Positions 41,422 to 51,256 of a DNA stretch of 64,000 nt are shown in pieces (position 1 is the stretch's first letter; every line of letters begins with the position of its first letter). The notes beneath the pieces are model-generated. The model had not been told where the DNA came from. It made no database searches and saw only the letters and a list, made by a program, of their open reading frames with translations. The position numbers and the translations under genes were made by a program. Source of the DNA: an uncultured delta proteobacterium (lineage in GTDB: Bacteria; Myxococcota; Myxococcia; Myxococcales; Anaeromyxobacteraceae); assembly GCA_963828255.1 (NCBI GenBank), contig CAWHDZ010000017.1, positions 1 through 64,000 of the forward strand, in the 5' to 3' direction.

Positions 41422-41865
41422 TCAGGCGTGACAGGCGCTGCAGTTGCCGACGTGGACGCGGGCCGCGGCGGCCCCGGCCGGCTTGTGGCAGGAGCCGCAG
41501 GCGCCGCTGGAGGCGGGGCCCGACATCGTGCTGGTCTGCCCGCCGGAGGAGACCGAGACGGTGAGCGGCGGGCTGAGGGGCGCCGACGTGTAGAAGTTGC
41601 CCACCGAGTTGGTGGTCAGCCGGACGGCCGTGCCGGTCTTCGGGACGATGGTCACCACCGCGCCGGCCAGGCCGGGCGCGCTGCTGCCGCCCCCCGCGAA
41701 GACGGTGCCCGCCGCGGTGAAGCGGCCGGCCTCGCCGCCTTGGTGACAGGACATGCAGTTCGAGCCCGGCTGCATGGTGGGCCCTCCCTCGTCCTCGCTC
41801 TCGCCGCCGCAGGCGGTGAGGGTGAGGAGGGCAAGGGCGACGACGGCGGCGCTGACGAGACGCAT
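41422..41865 (-). CDS. Small triheme c-type cytochrome lipoprotein
   Basis: Lipobox LTAC; CMSCH, CGSCH and CSACH. Confidence 0.8.
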   Translation of the reverse strand: MRLVSAAVVALALLTLTACGGESEDEGGPTMQPGSNCMSCHQGGEAGRFTAAGTVFAGGGSSAPGLAGAVVTIVPKTGTAVRLTTNSVGNFYTSAPLSPPLTVSVSSGGQTSTMSGPASSGACGSCHKPAGAAAARVHVGNCSACHA

Positions 41866-42018
41866 GGTGGCGGGGCTCCTGCAGGATCCCATGTTCGTGG
41901 GCATGAAACCACGGCCTGGCCCGGCGGGCCAGGAGCCCCGTGCCGTTCGCGCCGCAAAGGGGGCGACGGGCCCTTCGTGGCGTTGCGCGGACGCCCCTGC
42001 GGCGACAGAAGAAGTCCC

Positions 42019-42645
42019 ATGACGCGCCTCCTGCCGCTCGCCGCGGCCCTTGCCCTCTGGGCGCTCGCGGAGCCGGCCATGGCCACGGAGAAGCCGAAGT
42101 ACACGGTCGTCCAGCAGGTCGAGGGGCTGGAGGTGCGCCAGTACGCGCCCTACCTGGTCGCGGAGACCGAGGTGACGGGTTCCCGGGAGGAGGCGGGGAA
42201 CGAGGGGTTCCGCCGGCTCGGCGGCTACATCTTCGGCAAGAACCGGGGGGAGCGGAAGATCGCCATGACGGCCCCGGTCGCGCAGCAGGAGGGAACCAAG
42301 ATCGCCATGACGGCTCCGGTCTCCCAGCAGGAGAGGCCCGATCGCGGGAAGTCCGCGTGGGTGATCCAGTTCATGATGCCCTCGGACCTCACCCTGGCCA
42401 CGCTGCCCGAGCCGCTCGACCCGGCCGTCCGGTTCCGCGAGGTCCCGGGGCGCAAGGTCGCCGTGCTCGCCTACTCGGGGAGCTGGTCCGAGGGGCGCTA
42501 CCTCGAGAAGCTCGCCGAGCTGCGAACGGCCATGGCGAAGGCCGGGCTGCGGCCGGAAGGGGAGCCGGTCTGGGCGCGCTACGATCCGCCGTTCATGCCG
42601 TGGTTCCTGCGAACCAACGAGATCCTGGTCGAGATAGCTCCCTGA
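42019..42645 (+). CDS. SOUL heme-binding protein
   Basis: E.P.Y, GFRRL..YIFG.N, IAMTAPV x2 and YDPP..RTNE motifs. Confidence 0.9.
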   Translation: MTRLLPLAAALALWALAEPAMATEKPKYTVVQQVEGLEVRQYAPYLVAETEVTGSREEAGNEGFRRLGGYIFGKNRGERKIAMTAPVAQQEGTKIAMTAPVSQQERPDRGKSAWVIQFMMPSDLTLATLPEPLDPAVRFREVPGRKVAVLAYSGSWSEGRYLEKLAELRTAMAKAGLRPEGEPVWARYDPPFMPWFLRTNEILVEIAP

Positions 42646-43234
42646 CCTGCCTGTCCTGCTTCCCGATCAGGCGCTCCACCGCTTCCAGCTCCTGGCCGAC
42701 GCCCGCGGCCTGGGCCTCGAAGGTGCGCTTCACGGGCACTTCCGGCGTGACGCTGGCGTCGGGGGGCTGAAAGTCCCAAGGCTCCAGGAGCCTCGGGATA
42801 TCCCCCGGATCCGCCGGGGAGGCAGTAGAAGTGGGACTTCTCGGGGAGCGTCTCCACCTGGATGCTATCAGGTCGTCCGGCACGCCACCCGCCGACAGAC
42901 CTCGCGCAGGACGGGATAGGATGTCTTCCAGCGGCGACCTTCCCGTCCGGGCTGATCTTCGAACGACCCGCCGGAAGCCGTGACCGAGTCGTTCTCTGGC
43001 CTGCGTGGAACGGGGCACTCGATGAATCGCTTCAGACACCTCCTCGTGAATCTGGATCTGCAGGGCGCTCACGACTGGTCGGCGGTGCGTTCCGCGGCGC
43101 TGCCGGGGAGCAGGACCGCGGAGGTGGTCCGGAGAGCGCAGATCTTGACGACGGTCGTGAAGCCCAAGGGCGCCGGGCGCTGCCTCCTCGAGTCCGAGGC
43201 GATCCAGGACTGCGTGTCGATACGGACGCAGATT

Positions 43235-44578
43235 TCAGAGACGGCGGACAGCCTTCTCGTAGAGACCGGGGAACCGGCCCGTCGGATCGTAGTCGCGCTT
43301 CAGCGCATCGTACGCCCGGCGGTCGCAGGTGTCCCAGAACGCCTGCTCGTCGAAGGTGCTGCGCGAATACAGGCTCTTCTTGCCGTCGTACCGCGCCACC
43401 AGCCGTTCGACGATCGCGTTGTAATGACCGTCCGGCTGCCGGCTGCGCACGGTGTCCCAGAACCCGAAGTTGACGTACGGCGTGTCCGTCCGCAGCCGGT
43501 ACAGCGGATACCGGTCGGTCGTGACCCTGAACGGGCAGACCCAGACCGGCGTGATGCCGACCTCGGCGTGCAGCTGCGCCAGGAAGGCCGCGGCGTTGGC
43601 GAGCGGGATGTCCACGTCCTGGATCACCGATTCTGCGTGCCGACGCAGGAGCTCGAGCGCCTTCAGAGGATAGCGCTCTGCCGCGCGCATGATCCTCTGG
43701 TAGGTGACGCTCGACAGGAGTCGGGGTCCGGCGAGCAGGCGGACGGGCGCGAGGTGCGCGCCGACGTTCCGGCTGCACCAGAACCAATCCGTGTCCCAGC
43801 GCCACAGGTAATCCCGGGTGGTCAGGTGGTCGTCGGGACGCGCACGCAGACTCCTCCAGAACTGCTGCATCCATTTGTAGTCGCTCGCCCTGAGGCCAGG
43901 CGGCAGTGCCTCGACCGTCGTCGCACGCGTGAGCACGAAGTCGCCGGGGCCGAAGAACACGCCGTCGAGATAGTCGCAGTTCGGGTTCGCGCACTCCGCG
44001 GCGACGGCGGCGAAGAATCGTCCTGCGTCCGCGAATCGCTCGTGCCTCAGGTGCACGAAGGGAGCGACGGGGATGAGCCTGATGGTCAATCGTGTCGCAT
44101 AGCCGAGGCTGCCGTAGGAGTTCGGGAAGCCACGGAACAGGTCCGCGTGCTCCGTCGACGAGCAGCGCAGCACGCGGCCGTCAGCCACGAGCACGTCGAA
44201 CGCGGCGACGGTCTCGTGCACCAGGCCGTGGCGAAACGAGCTCGACTCGATGCCGAGGCCGGTGGTCGCGCCGCCGACGGTGATGCTCTTCAGCTCGGGG
44301 ACGACCGCAGGCGCGAGCCCATGGGGCAGCGTCGCGTCGACGAGGGCGGCGTAGGTCGTCATGCCCTCGACGTCCGCGGTGCGTGCGTCGGAGTCCATCG
44401 AGATCACGTGATCGAGCGTCGTTCCGTCGATGAGGACCCGATCGGCCGCGAGCCGGGGACGGAACAGGTTGCTGGTGCGCTTGCGCAGGCGAACGGGGCC
44501 GGTCGAGCCGCGCAGCGCGGCCGCGAGCCGCTCCACCCGTCCGCGGTGCGATTCGATCGTGGCGGGGGAATCGCTCAT
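43235..44578 (-). CDS. FAD-binding oxidoreductase, Rv3719/TmsA(BfaA)/TmpA-like
   Basis: RLRKRTSNLFR, VVPELKSITVGG..GLGIESSSF, PNSYG.LGY and DYLWRWDTDWFWCSR motifs. Confidence 0.85.
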   Translation of the reverse strand: MSDSPATIESHRGRVERLAAALRGSTGPVRLRKRTSNLFRPRLAADRVLIDGTTLDHVISMDSDARTADVEGMTTYAALVDATLPHGLAPAVVPELKSITVGGATTGLGIESSSFRHGLVHETVAAFDVLVADGRVLRCSSTEHADLFRGFPNSYGSLGYATRLTIRLIPVAPFVHLRHERFADAGRFFAAVAAECANPNCDYLDGVFFGPGDFVLTRATTVEALPPGLRASDYKWMQQFWRSLRARPDDHLTTRDYLWRWDTDWFWCSRNVGAHLAPVRLLAGPRLLSSVTYQRIMRAAERYPLKALELLRRHAESVIQDVDIPLANAAAFLAQLHAEVGITPVWVCPFRVTTDRYPLYRLRTDTPYVNFGFWDTVRSRQPDGHYNAIVERLVARYDGKKSLYSRSTFDEQAFWDTCDRRAYDALKRDYDPTGRFPGLYEKAVRRL

Positions 44579-45705
44579 CTTGCCGGTACGTAGCGCGGGA
44601 CGTCCCCCCGGCTCAGCACGAGCTGCCAGAGATTGAGCGTGCGCGCGCGAAACGCGCCGGCGCAAGAGTTGAGGTAGTAGCGCCACAGCCGGTGGAAGCG
44701 TTCGTCCATCGCCGGGTGCTTGCCGAGCTCCGGCACTGCGGCGCGGAAGTTCTCATCCCACGCGAGCAGTGTCCGGTCGTAGTCCGGCCCGAAGTTGTGC
44801 CAGTCCTCCAGGACGAAGAGCCCTTCCTTGGCCGCGGCGAGCTGCTGCTCGGAAGGAATGACGCCGCCCGGGAAGATGTACCTGGAGATCCACGGATCGG
44901 TCGTCACCATGCTGACGTTGCCACCGATCGTGTGCACGAGGGCGAGTCCGCCGGGCGCGAGCCTCGCCCGCGCCATCTCGAAGAATCGCCGGTAGTTCTT
45001 CGGCCCCACGTGCTCCATCAGTCCGATGCTGACGACCCGGTCGTACGTCTGCGGATCCGACGCGGCCTCCCGGTAGTCCTGCAGGCGGAACTCCACCGGC
45101 AGCCCGTCGCACCAGGCGCGGGCGAACTCGACCTGTTCCCGGCTGATGTTGTAGCTGACGATGCGGCACCCATGGTGAATTGCGAGATGCCGGGCGAGGC
45201 CCCCGAAGCCGCCGCCGAGTTCGAGCACCGACATGCCCGGCTGCAGGCGGAGCTTCCTCGCGATCAAGTCCAGCTTGCGGTCCTGCGCCTCGTCGAGCGT
45301 CTGGTCCGCGCCGTCGGGACCGTAGTAGGCACAGGTGTATTGCATGGTGCGGCCGAGCATCGCGGCGTACAGCTCGTTGGAGAGGTCGTAGTGCTGCCGC
45401 GCCACCCGCTTCGAAAGCCATCGCCCCTGCTGGTTGGCGAGCTTGCTCAGCGCGACCTGGGCCAGCATCCCGGTGGTCACGAGCCGGCGGTCGATCCGCC
45501 CCGCATGGATGCGCACGAAGAACTCGTCGAGCTTCTCGGCGTGCCACCATCCGTCCATGTAGGCCTCGCCGGCGCCCAGGGTGCCGTGCGCCAGCACGCG
45601 CGCGTAGAGGCGTTCGTCCTGAACCTGCAGGTCCCAGGGATTGCCGCCGTTGATCTCGATGCCTGCGGCCCGCAGCAGGACCGCGACGCATTCCTTTGCC
45701 GCCAT
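44575..45705 (-). CDS. cfa: Cfa-family SAM-dependent fatty-acid methyltransferase
   Basis: GEAYMDGWW, HYDLSN, MQYTC, EHVG and YIFPGG motifs; ATGA overlap with the reductase. Confidence 0.9.
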   Translation of the reverse strand: MAAKECVAVLLRAAGIEINGGNPWDLQVQDERLYARVLAHGTLGAGEAYMDGWWHAEKLDEFFVRIHAGRIDRRLVTTGMLAQVALSKLANQQGRWLSKRVARQHYDLSNELYAAMLGRTMQYTCAYYGPDGADQTLDEAQDRKLDLIARKLRLQPGMSVLELGGGFGGLARHLAIHHGCRIVSYNISREQVEFARAWCDGLPVEFRLQDYREAASDPQTYDRVVSIGLMEHVGPKNYRRFFEMARARLAPGGLALVHTIGGNVSMVTTDPWISRYIFPGGVIPSEQQLAAAKEGLFVLEDWHNFGPDYDRTLLAWDENFRAAVPELGKHPAMDERFHRLWRYYLNSCAGAFRARTLNLWQLVLSRGDVPRYVPAR

Positions 45706-46039
45706 GGATACGGTCCGACCGTCCGATGGGCACCGGCCCCATTCGGTACGAACCACATATCGCTTGCTGCGGCGGCGCGCAATCCGTACCCGGCGTGAAT
45801 CGAGCTGGTCGCAAGGCGGCGGCCGGGTTCCGACCACGCTCCCCTCGGCGACGAGGACGGTCGCCTCACCGGAGGTCACATGCTGCAAAGACTAGTGGTG
45901 AACCCAGTCGCCCGCGCCCGCCGTACAGGCTCGGTCGGGTGCTGGACGCTGCAGTGGTCGCGGGCAGGAGATGCAAGCTGCATCTCGGGTCTGGCGACGG
46001 CCGGTGGGAAGCTCAAAGCTTCCTTCGGGTCGGGTAACC

Positions 46040-46260
46040 GCAGCAGGTCGGCGCCTTCGCTTGGGTGCGAAGATGCCGTGGTATCGGACGGAGTGGATCC
46101 TCGGCGGCGGCACCAGGGTGGCGAGCCGAGCGAGGAAATCGTCTGGCGCGAGGCGCAGGAGGAGCGAGCCGCCGCGGGGGCGCTTCATCTGGTAGACGAG
46201 TTGCCCGTCCTCGCCCTGCGAGAGCCTTTGAAGAACAGGGGAACGGCAATGCTGCTGGGC
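46040..46260 (-). pseudogene. IS91/ISCR-type (Y2) transposase C-terminal fragment
   Basis: QRLS...LVYQMKRP...DFLARLATLVPPPR.HSVRYHGIFAP. Confidence 0.75.
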
Positions 46261-46588
46261 AACGGCTCCGGGTGTACGGCCAGGAGGCCACGCAGTTGGT
46301 TGAGTTCCTTTGTCTGCCGTCCAGCCGGGACCAGGGCTCTCCCAGCGCGAGCGGTCTCGAGAGCGGCGGCCTTCCTTCCTGGACCTGCTCCCGGGACGCC
46401 TCGACCTCACGAACAGGGATCAAATCTCGAAGCACGGACATCAACTTCTGCGCTTCGCTCATGAGCCTACGCGCCGTCTTGTCCCGTCCGCTGCTGAGCA
46501 AGGAGCTCCAGAAGAGGGTGTAGGGCGGCCGCTGGTCGAGCCCGTCGCCTCGGCGCGCATCTCGGGCACGCGGGGCCAGGGGGCACGA

Positions 46589-46951
46589 TCAGGCTACCCG
46601 GAGCCCCTGAAGCTCCTCGCGACTGACCCGAGCGAATTCCGTGATCACGTCCGCGTTTCGATCATCCATCATGCGGCGCATCTCCTCCGCGCTGCGCGCG
46701 GGTCCCATGGCGAGGTCGACGACGAACTTCAGCGCCCGGTCGGCACCGTCGACGACGGGCTTCGTGGAGATCAGCGTGATTCGACTGCGCAGTGAGAACG
46801 GGTTCATCAGCTTCGCATGGTCCACCATCACGCTGGCCGGGGCGTTGGCGCAGAGCACTGCCAGCTCGTCCATGAATCGTCCGTAGAGTTCTTCCCGCTC
46901 GGTGGGCCCTGATGCCAGTCGCGCCGCGTGGGCCCGTGAAGTCGTCGTCAT
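46589..46951 (-). CDS. Hypothetical protein (possibly truncated by the repeat at 46984)
   Basis: 120-aa ORF with natural-looking composition and no recognised motif. Confidence 0.4.
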   Translation of the reverse strand: MTTTSRAHAARLASGPTEREELYGRFMDELAVLCANAPASVMVDHAKLMNPFSLRSRITLISTKPVVDGADRALKFVVDLAMGPARSAEEMRRMMDDRNADVITEFARVSREELQGLRVA

Positions 46952-46983
46952 CCAGGTCGTGGCAAAGGAAGTGGCGCCACCGA

Positions 46984-47426
46984 CCCGACGAGACCGGCGC
47001 GATGCGCAACGTGACCTGGCAGCCGGAGGACGTGCTGCGACGGGCGCTCAAGCGCGCCGGGATCGTCACCGGGTGCAAGCACAAGCGCCGGCGGAAGGGC
47101 TGCGGCCACGAGGAAGCCCACGCCGACGCCAACCCTCGGCGCTGCCCTCGATGCGATTTCCTGCTCTGGCCGAAGGCTCAGGTGCAGGCGACCCGCTTCC
47201 ACGACCTCCGTCACACCTGCGCGAGCGTGCTCCTCATGCTCGGGGCGAACCTCGTGTCGATGCAGAAGGTGCTCGGCCACTCCGACCCGAAGATCACGGA
47301 GCGGCGCTACGGCCACCTGCTGCTTGCCAAAAGGAGAGGCCGGAACCCCTTCGGTTTCCCGAGAGATTCCAGCCTCGTTTGTGGCGGGGAGTACGGGACT
47401 CGAACCCGTGGCCTCCGGCGTGACAG
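46984..47426 (+). repeat. 443-bp direct repeat, copy 1: integrase 3' part + terminator + tRNA-Asp 3' half
   Basis: Matches 54707..55149 (offset 7723); I saw 3 substitutions. Confidence 0.95.
47382..47426 (-). other. att core: duplicated 3' 45 nt of tRNA-Asp
   Basis: Identical to 55105..55149, covering the anticodon arm to CCA. Confidence 0.9.
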
Positions 47427-47572
47427 CCGCTGAACCAGGGCTGGCGGGGATGGGTCAATCGTTGCAACCCCCTGCAACTACTCGGTTCGGGAGCCGCTCG
47501 GACTCCAGCGCTTCGCCAGGTTTGGGAGCGTTTTCCCGTCCGCGAGTTACACCTGGGTTACAGTCACCGATC

Positions 47573-47791
47573 GTGAAATCCGTCGCCTCGGAGCGGCTCC
47601 TGTCGGTTCGCCAGGTGGCTGCGCGGCTCGGGGTCAGCACCTCGACCATCTACGGCCTGTGCCAGAAGGGAAGGCTCCCTCACGTTCGCGTCTCGAACGC
47701 CATCCGCGTGGCACCCGAGGCCCTTGAGGACCTGGTGGGAGGTGGGGCGCGCCCCGGGGGGACCTACAGCGCCGGGCCCCGTCCTCGGTAA
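47573..47791 (+). CDS. HTH_17 (excisionase-like) domain, probably the attP-side C-terminus of the integrase
   Basis: LLSVRQVAARLGVSTSTIYGL...LPHVRVSNAIRV, in the open frame 47324..47791 that crosses the att core. Confidence 0.7.
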   Translation: MKSVASERLLSVRQVAARLGVSTSTIYGLCQKGRLPHVRVSNAIRVAPEALEDLVGGGARPGGTYSAGPRPR

Positions 47792-48051
47792 GCGCTCCAG
47801 ACTGCGACGACGTAGACACGATTGGCCTCCACCAGAAAGTACAGGTGGTAGCTCGTCCTCTGGAGCAGGAGTCGACGGATGCCCGGCTTCGGCGCGTACC
47901 GCAGGCCCAGTCCGGGCGCGCCTTCAAGCGCGATCAGTGCCTGGTCGAGCTCGTTCACGAAGAGGTCGGGGGCCGCCGGGCGGTTCTCGCGCCACCAGGC
48001 ATCGGCGCGTTCGACCTCGGCCCGCGCTTCGCCGGAAAGCTCGACTTTCAC
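47764..48051 (-). CDS. RelE/ParE family toxin
   Basis: 95 aa; A..E...A..W, P..G, IRRLLL..YHLYF and VVAVW pattern. Confidence 0.8.
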   Translation of the reverse strand: MKVELSGEARAEVERADAWWRENRPAAPDLFVNELDQALIALEGAPGLGLRYAPKPGIRRLLLQRTSYHLYFLVEANRVYVVAVWSAYRGRGPAL

Positions 48052-48302
48052 CGACCGGATGCTCTCGCGCGCAGTTCAGCCATCACCTGGCGGGCATCGG
48101 TCGTGCGTCCCGCGTGAACGTCGGCGAGCCCCCGGTCGATGGAAGCGTGAAGCCGCTCGCGCTCCTCGGCGTCGAGGTAGTCCCCGCCGCTGGTGAGCAC
48201 CTCGTCGAGGGGGACAAGCTCGACGACCTCGCCGTTGGGCAGATCGGTGGGCTCGTCCAGCAGCAGCCGGCCACCTCGAACGTGTGCCTTGAGCGCCCTC
48301 AT
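48048..48302 (-). CDS. Cognate antitoxin
   Basis: MRALKAHVRGGRLLLDEPTDLP...SIDRGLADVHAGR; GTGA overlap with the toxin. Confidence 0.75.
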   Translation of the reverse strand: MRALKAHVRGGRLLLDEPTDLPNGEVVELVPLDEVLTSGGDYLDAEERERLHASIDRGLADVHAGRTTDARQVMAELRARASGR

Positions 48303-48590
48303 GGTGCTGATCATCTTAACGCTTCCCGGAGTCGTCCGCAGCCTCGACGGACGGGCCCGAGTGGCGGAACCAGGATCTCCCGGTACCGGATCCGTTCCCA
48401 CCTCATGTTCGAAACGAAGGAGGTTCCGTACCGTCTGCTGGGGCTGATCTCCCGCGACCGGCAAAGGGCTTTCCACGGGCGGGTCTGGTAGCTGGTGGAA
48501 CAGGCCGTTCGCGGCGAGCTTCGGCCTTCTGATTTCTACTTCTACCTCGACTGCTCCCGCCCCGAGGAGCCAAAGCCTAGGTCCTTACCT

Positions 48591-49175
48591 TCACGGTGCC
48601 CTCGCCGAGGTGGCGCGCCCGGACCGGGTCAGGCGTGCGAGCTCAGCCTTGGGCACGAGCCCCCGATGACCCGCCTGCTGGATGGCCGGAAGCAGGAGGT
48701 CAGGCGCGACTCCCGCCGCCAGGCAGTCGGCCAGCGTCCGCCGAACGGCCGTCACCTGGACGGGCCCCACCCACGTTCGATCGACCTTGGGGACGTCTGC
48801 GTAGGCCAGGACCACGCCCTGGGGTACCCGGAGCCGTCGCTGGCTCCAGCTGGACGGCACCGTGAGGTGGACTTGCGCGGGTAGCACGTCCGAGAGTTCA
48901 TGCAGGGAGAGGGCGGTCTCGTGGGAGAAGACCCCGGCGCGGTTCGACCAGAGCCAGACCGCGGCCAGGTCCTCGTGCTCACCTGGCGGGAAGTGGACGA
49001 GTCGGTAGACGCCCCGGCGCACGCGTCGCACCCGGCCGGCGCGGAGGTGCTTCTGGAGAAGCTGGGGGGAGTAGCCCGCCTCGGCCGCCTGCGCGGTCGA
49101 GAAGAGGCCGTCCTGACCGGCGGCCAGGTCGAACAGGTCGTCCCAGTTCGGTGTCGTGGGGCTCGCGCTGGTCAT
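48591..49175 (-). CDS. AbiEi family (type IV TA) antitoxin
   Basis: QDGLFSTAQA, RVRRGVYR, SHETAL..HEL and VT..RTLAD motifs. Confidence 0.85.
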   Translation of the reverse strand: MTSASPTTPNWDDLFDLAAGQDGLFSTAQAAEAGYSPQLLQKHLRAGRVRRVRRGVYRLVHFPPGEHEDLAAVWLWSNRAGVFSHETALSLHELSDVLPAQVHLTVPSSWSQRRLRVPQGVVLAYADVPKVDRTWVGPVQVTAVRRTLADCLAAGVAPDLLLPAIQQAGHRGLVPKAELARLTRSGRATSARAP

Positions 49176-49276
49176 GCACGAATATAAACCTGTGGTGTAT
49201 GTTTATGCAAGCTCGCGGATTGGGCATCCGACCCTCGTCTCAGGCGTCCGAAGGGCTGCCTTCCGAGCCGCGCGTC

Positions 49277-51256
49277 TTACCCTGCCGGCACCTCGAGAAA
49301 GACGTATTCGTGCTGGGCGTCGCGAACGAGGAGGGCCCGCTTCCCGTCGCGCTCGGCCACCACGAACTCGAATCCCTCCCGGCAGGGCTCCACGGTCAGG
49401 AACGACGTGGTTCCGTCGTCGTTCTTCCGCGAGGCCACCTTGCTCCGCCACTCGCCCATGTCGAACGTCACTTCCGCTCCGCTGCGGAGCACGTTCACCG
49501 AGCCCAGCGCCTGGCTCCGGTACCCGGGTGCGAGCCTTGCCACCTCGGCGGCGTCGGGCGGTATGACAAGACGCTTCCGTGCCTCGGCGATGGCGGCCTT
49601 CCGCTGCTTCGCGGTCGCGGCGAGGTCGGCGACCGCCTCGGGCTTCCCGTCGAAGAGCACCTCCAGGATCCGGCGCAGGAACGGTCCGCGCAGGCGGTAG
49701 CCAGCGTCCGAGTTGGTCAGGATGACGGCGCCCACGCCGTTCTCGGGGAGCCAGATCATGTCGCTGTGGTACCCGAACATGTCGCCCCCGTGGTGGACGA
49801 CGGGGGTCCCCCAGCGGCGGTTCACCGTGAGTCCCATTCCGTAGCTCACATCCTCGCCTTCCGCGACCTGCGGCTTGCGGCGCTCGAGCAGATTCTCCTC
49901 CGACACGAGCCGCTTGCCGTCCGGGAGCATCCCGTTGGCGAGCTCCATCTGGACATAGCGGGTGAGCTCCCGCGCACTCGTCCAGACACCCCCTGCTGGC
50001 CTGATCGGAACCACCGAGTAGTTGAGCCCCACCGGCGCCGGAAGGGTTCGGCCGTCGACGTCTTCCCCGTGGGGAGACGCGTGGTTTCCGCGGAGCGCCT
50101 GGGCGAAGTCGAAGGTGGACGTCTTCATGCCCAGCGGAGCCAGAAGCTTCTCCCGCATGGCCCGGTCGAACGCCGCGCCGAGCTCGGCCTTCGGGTCGGA
50201 GAGGTGTCCGCCGATGAACCCAGCCGCCGCTGCCATGAGGTTGCTGTACTGGAAGACCTCGCCGAACTTGCTCGTGGGCTGCATGGTGCCGAGCAGTCGC
50301 ATCGTGGACTCGGGCGTCTCGCGGTCGTATTCGAAGAGCCACTCCAGATCCTGCCGGGGCATCCCGGTGCAGGCGCAGACGAGGTGCTTCACGAGCACCT
50401 GCTGTGTGGTCTCGGCGTCCCCGAGCTTGAAGCCGGGGTAGAGCTGCGTCACCGGCTGGTCCCACCCCAGCTTCCCCTCGTCCGCCAGCTTCGCGAGCAG
50501 CAGGGTCACGAGCGCCTTGGTGTTGGAGGCGGCGGGGAAGAGCGTGTCGGCGTCGACCTTGCCCGGCTTCCCCAGTTCCTTCACGCCCAGGCCGCCCACG
50601 TGGACCACCTTCCCGTCCTGGACGAGGCTGAAGGAGAGCCCCGGCACGTCGAGCTGGCGCATCCCGTCCTCGAGGAACCGGCGCACCTGGGCGACGCGCG
50701 CGGCGTCGAGCTTGTGGGCCTTCCTTCCGGCGAAGGTCTCCCGCACGTATCCCTTGGGCCGCAGGCTCGACCAGCCGAGGCTGAAGGGCGAGTTGCGCTT
50801 CTCCCAGGTCGGATCGGTAGCCTCGACGATAGCCACCGTCCAAGTTCCTCCGGCCCGTCGAGCCAGCGCGAACACGGTCATGCGCTCGTTGGGAGAGGTC
50901 TCGTAGTTCACGACGAGAACTTCCTCCCAACCGTCCTTGGGGGCGCGGGGCGTGGAGAGCTTCACCGGCCACTTCGCGTCCGGACGGTAGGCGGCCCACG
51001 CGGCGGCCGCTGCGGCCTCGCCGGTCGGAGCCACGACGTCCACGAACGCCAGATGCGAATCTCCCTCCGGCGGGTCCACCACGACCACGTTCCCGCGACG
51101 GGTGACGGACCATCCGGCCGGCGCGGTGAAGGTCGCGCCGGCCGAGGTGGCCATCGGGGTGTCGGCGGCGAGCCGGTCGGGCGCGGCGCCGTGGGTCGAT
51201 CGGGCCGGGACGGCGACGAGGAACGCGAGCGCTGCCAGGACGACGGTCCGGTTCAC
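49277..51256 (-). CDS. Secreted serine hydrolase (beta-lactamase/class C family)
   Basis: SxxK (ASNTK), YSN and HGG motifs; signal peptide from GTG 51256. Confidence 0.88.
   Translation of the reverse strand: MNRTVVLAALAFLVAVPARSTHGAAPDRLAADTPMATSAGATFTAPAGWSVTRRGNVVVVDPPEGDSHLAFVDVVAPTGEAAAAAAWAAYRPDAKWPVKLSTPRAPKDGWEEVLVVNYETSPNERMTVFALARRAGGTWTVAIVEATDPTWEKRNSPFSLGWSSLRPKGYVRETFAGRKAHKLDAARVAQVRRFLEDGMRQLDVPGLSFSLVQDGKVVHVGGLGVKELGKPGKVDADTLFPAASNTKALVTLLLAKLADEGKLGWDQPVTQLYPGFKLGDAETTQQVLVKHLVCACTGMPRQDLEWLFEYDRETPESTMRLLGTMQPTSKFGEVFQYSNLMAAAAGFIGGHLSDPKAELGAAFDRAMREKLLAPLGMKTSTFDFAQALRGNHASPHGEDVDGRTLPAPVGLNYSVVPIRPAGGVWTSARELTRYVQMELANGMLPDGKRLVSEENLLERRKPQVAEGEDVSYGMGLTVNRRWGTPVVHHGGDMFGYHSDMIWLPENGVGAVILTNSDAGYRLRGPFLRRILEVLFDGKPEAVADLAATAKQRKAAIAEARKRLVIPPDAAEVARLAPGYRSQALGSVNVLRSGAEVTFDMGEWRSKVASRKNDDGTTSFLTVEPCREGFEFVVAERDGKRALLVRDAQHEYVFLEVPAG

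Noticed and set aside
42593..43230. ORFs 42593..43072 (-) and 42862..43473 (+)
   Set aside because: No recognisable motifs and overlaps with real genes; probably degraded sequence.
47382..47426. Second tRNA-Asp gene
   Set aside because: Only the 3' 45 nt are present; it is an att duplicate.
49277..51256. Bona fide antibiotic-resistance beta-lactamase
   Set aside because: The long multi-domain serine hydrolase fits the broad esterase/peptidase family; activity cannot be inferred from sequence.
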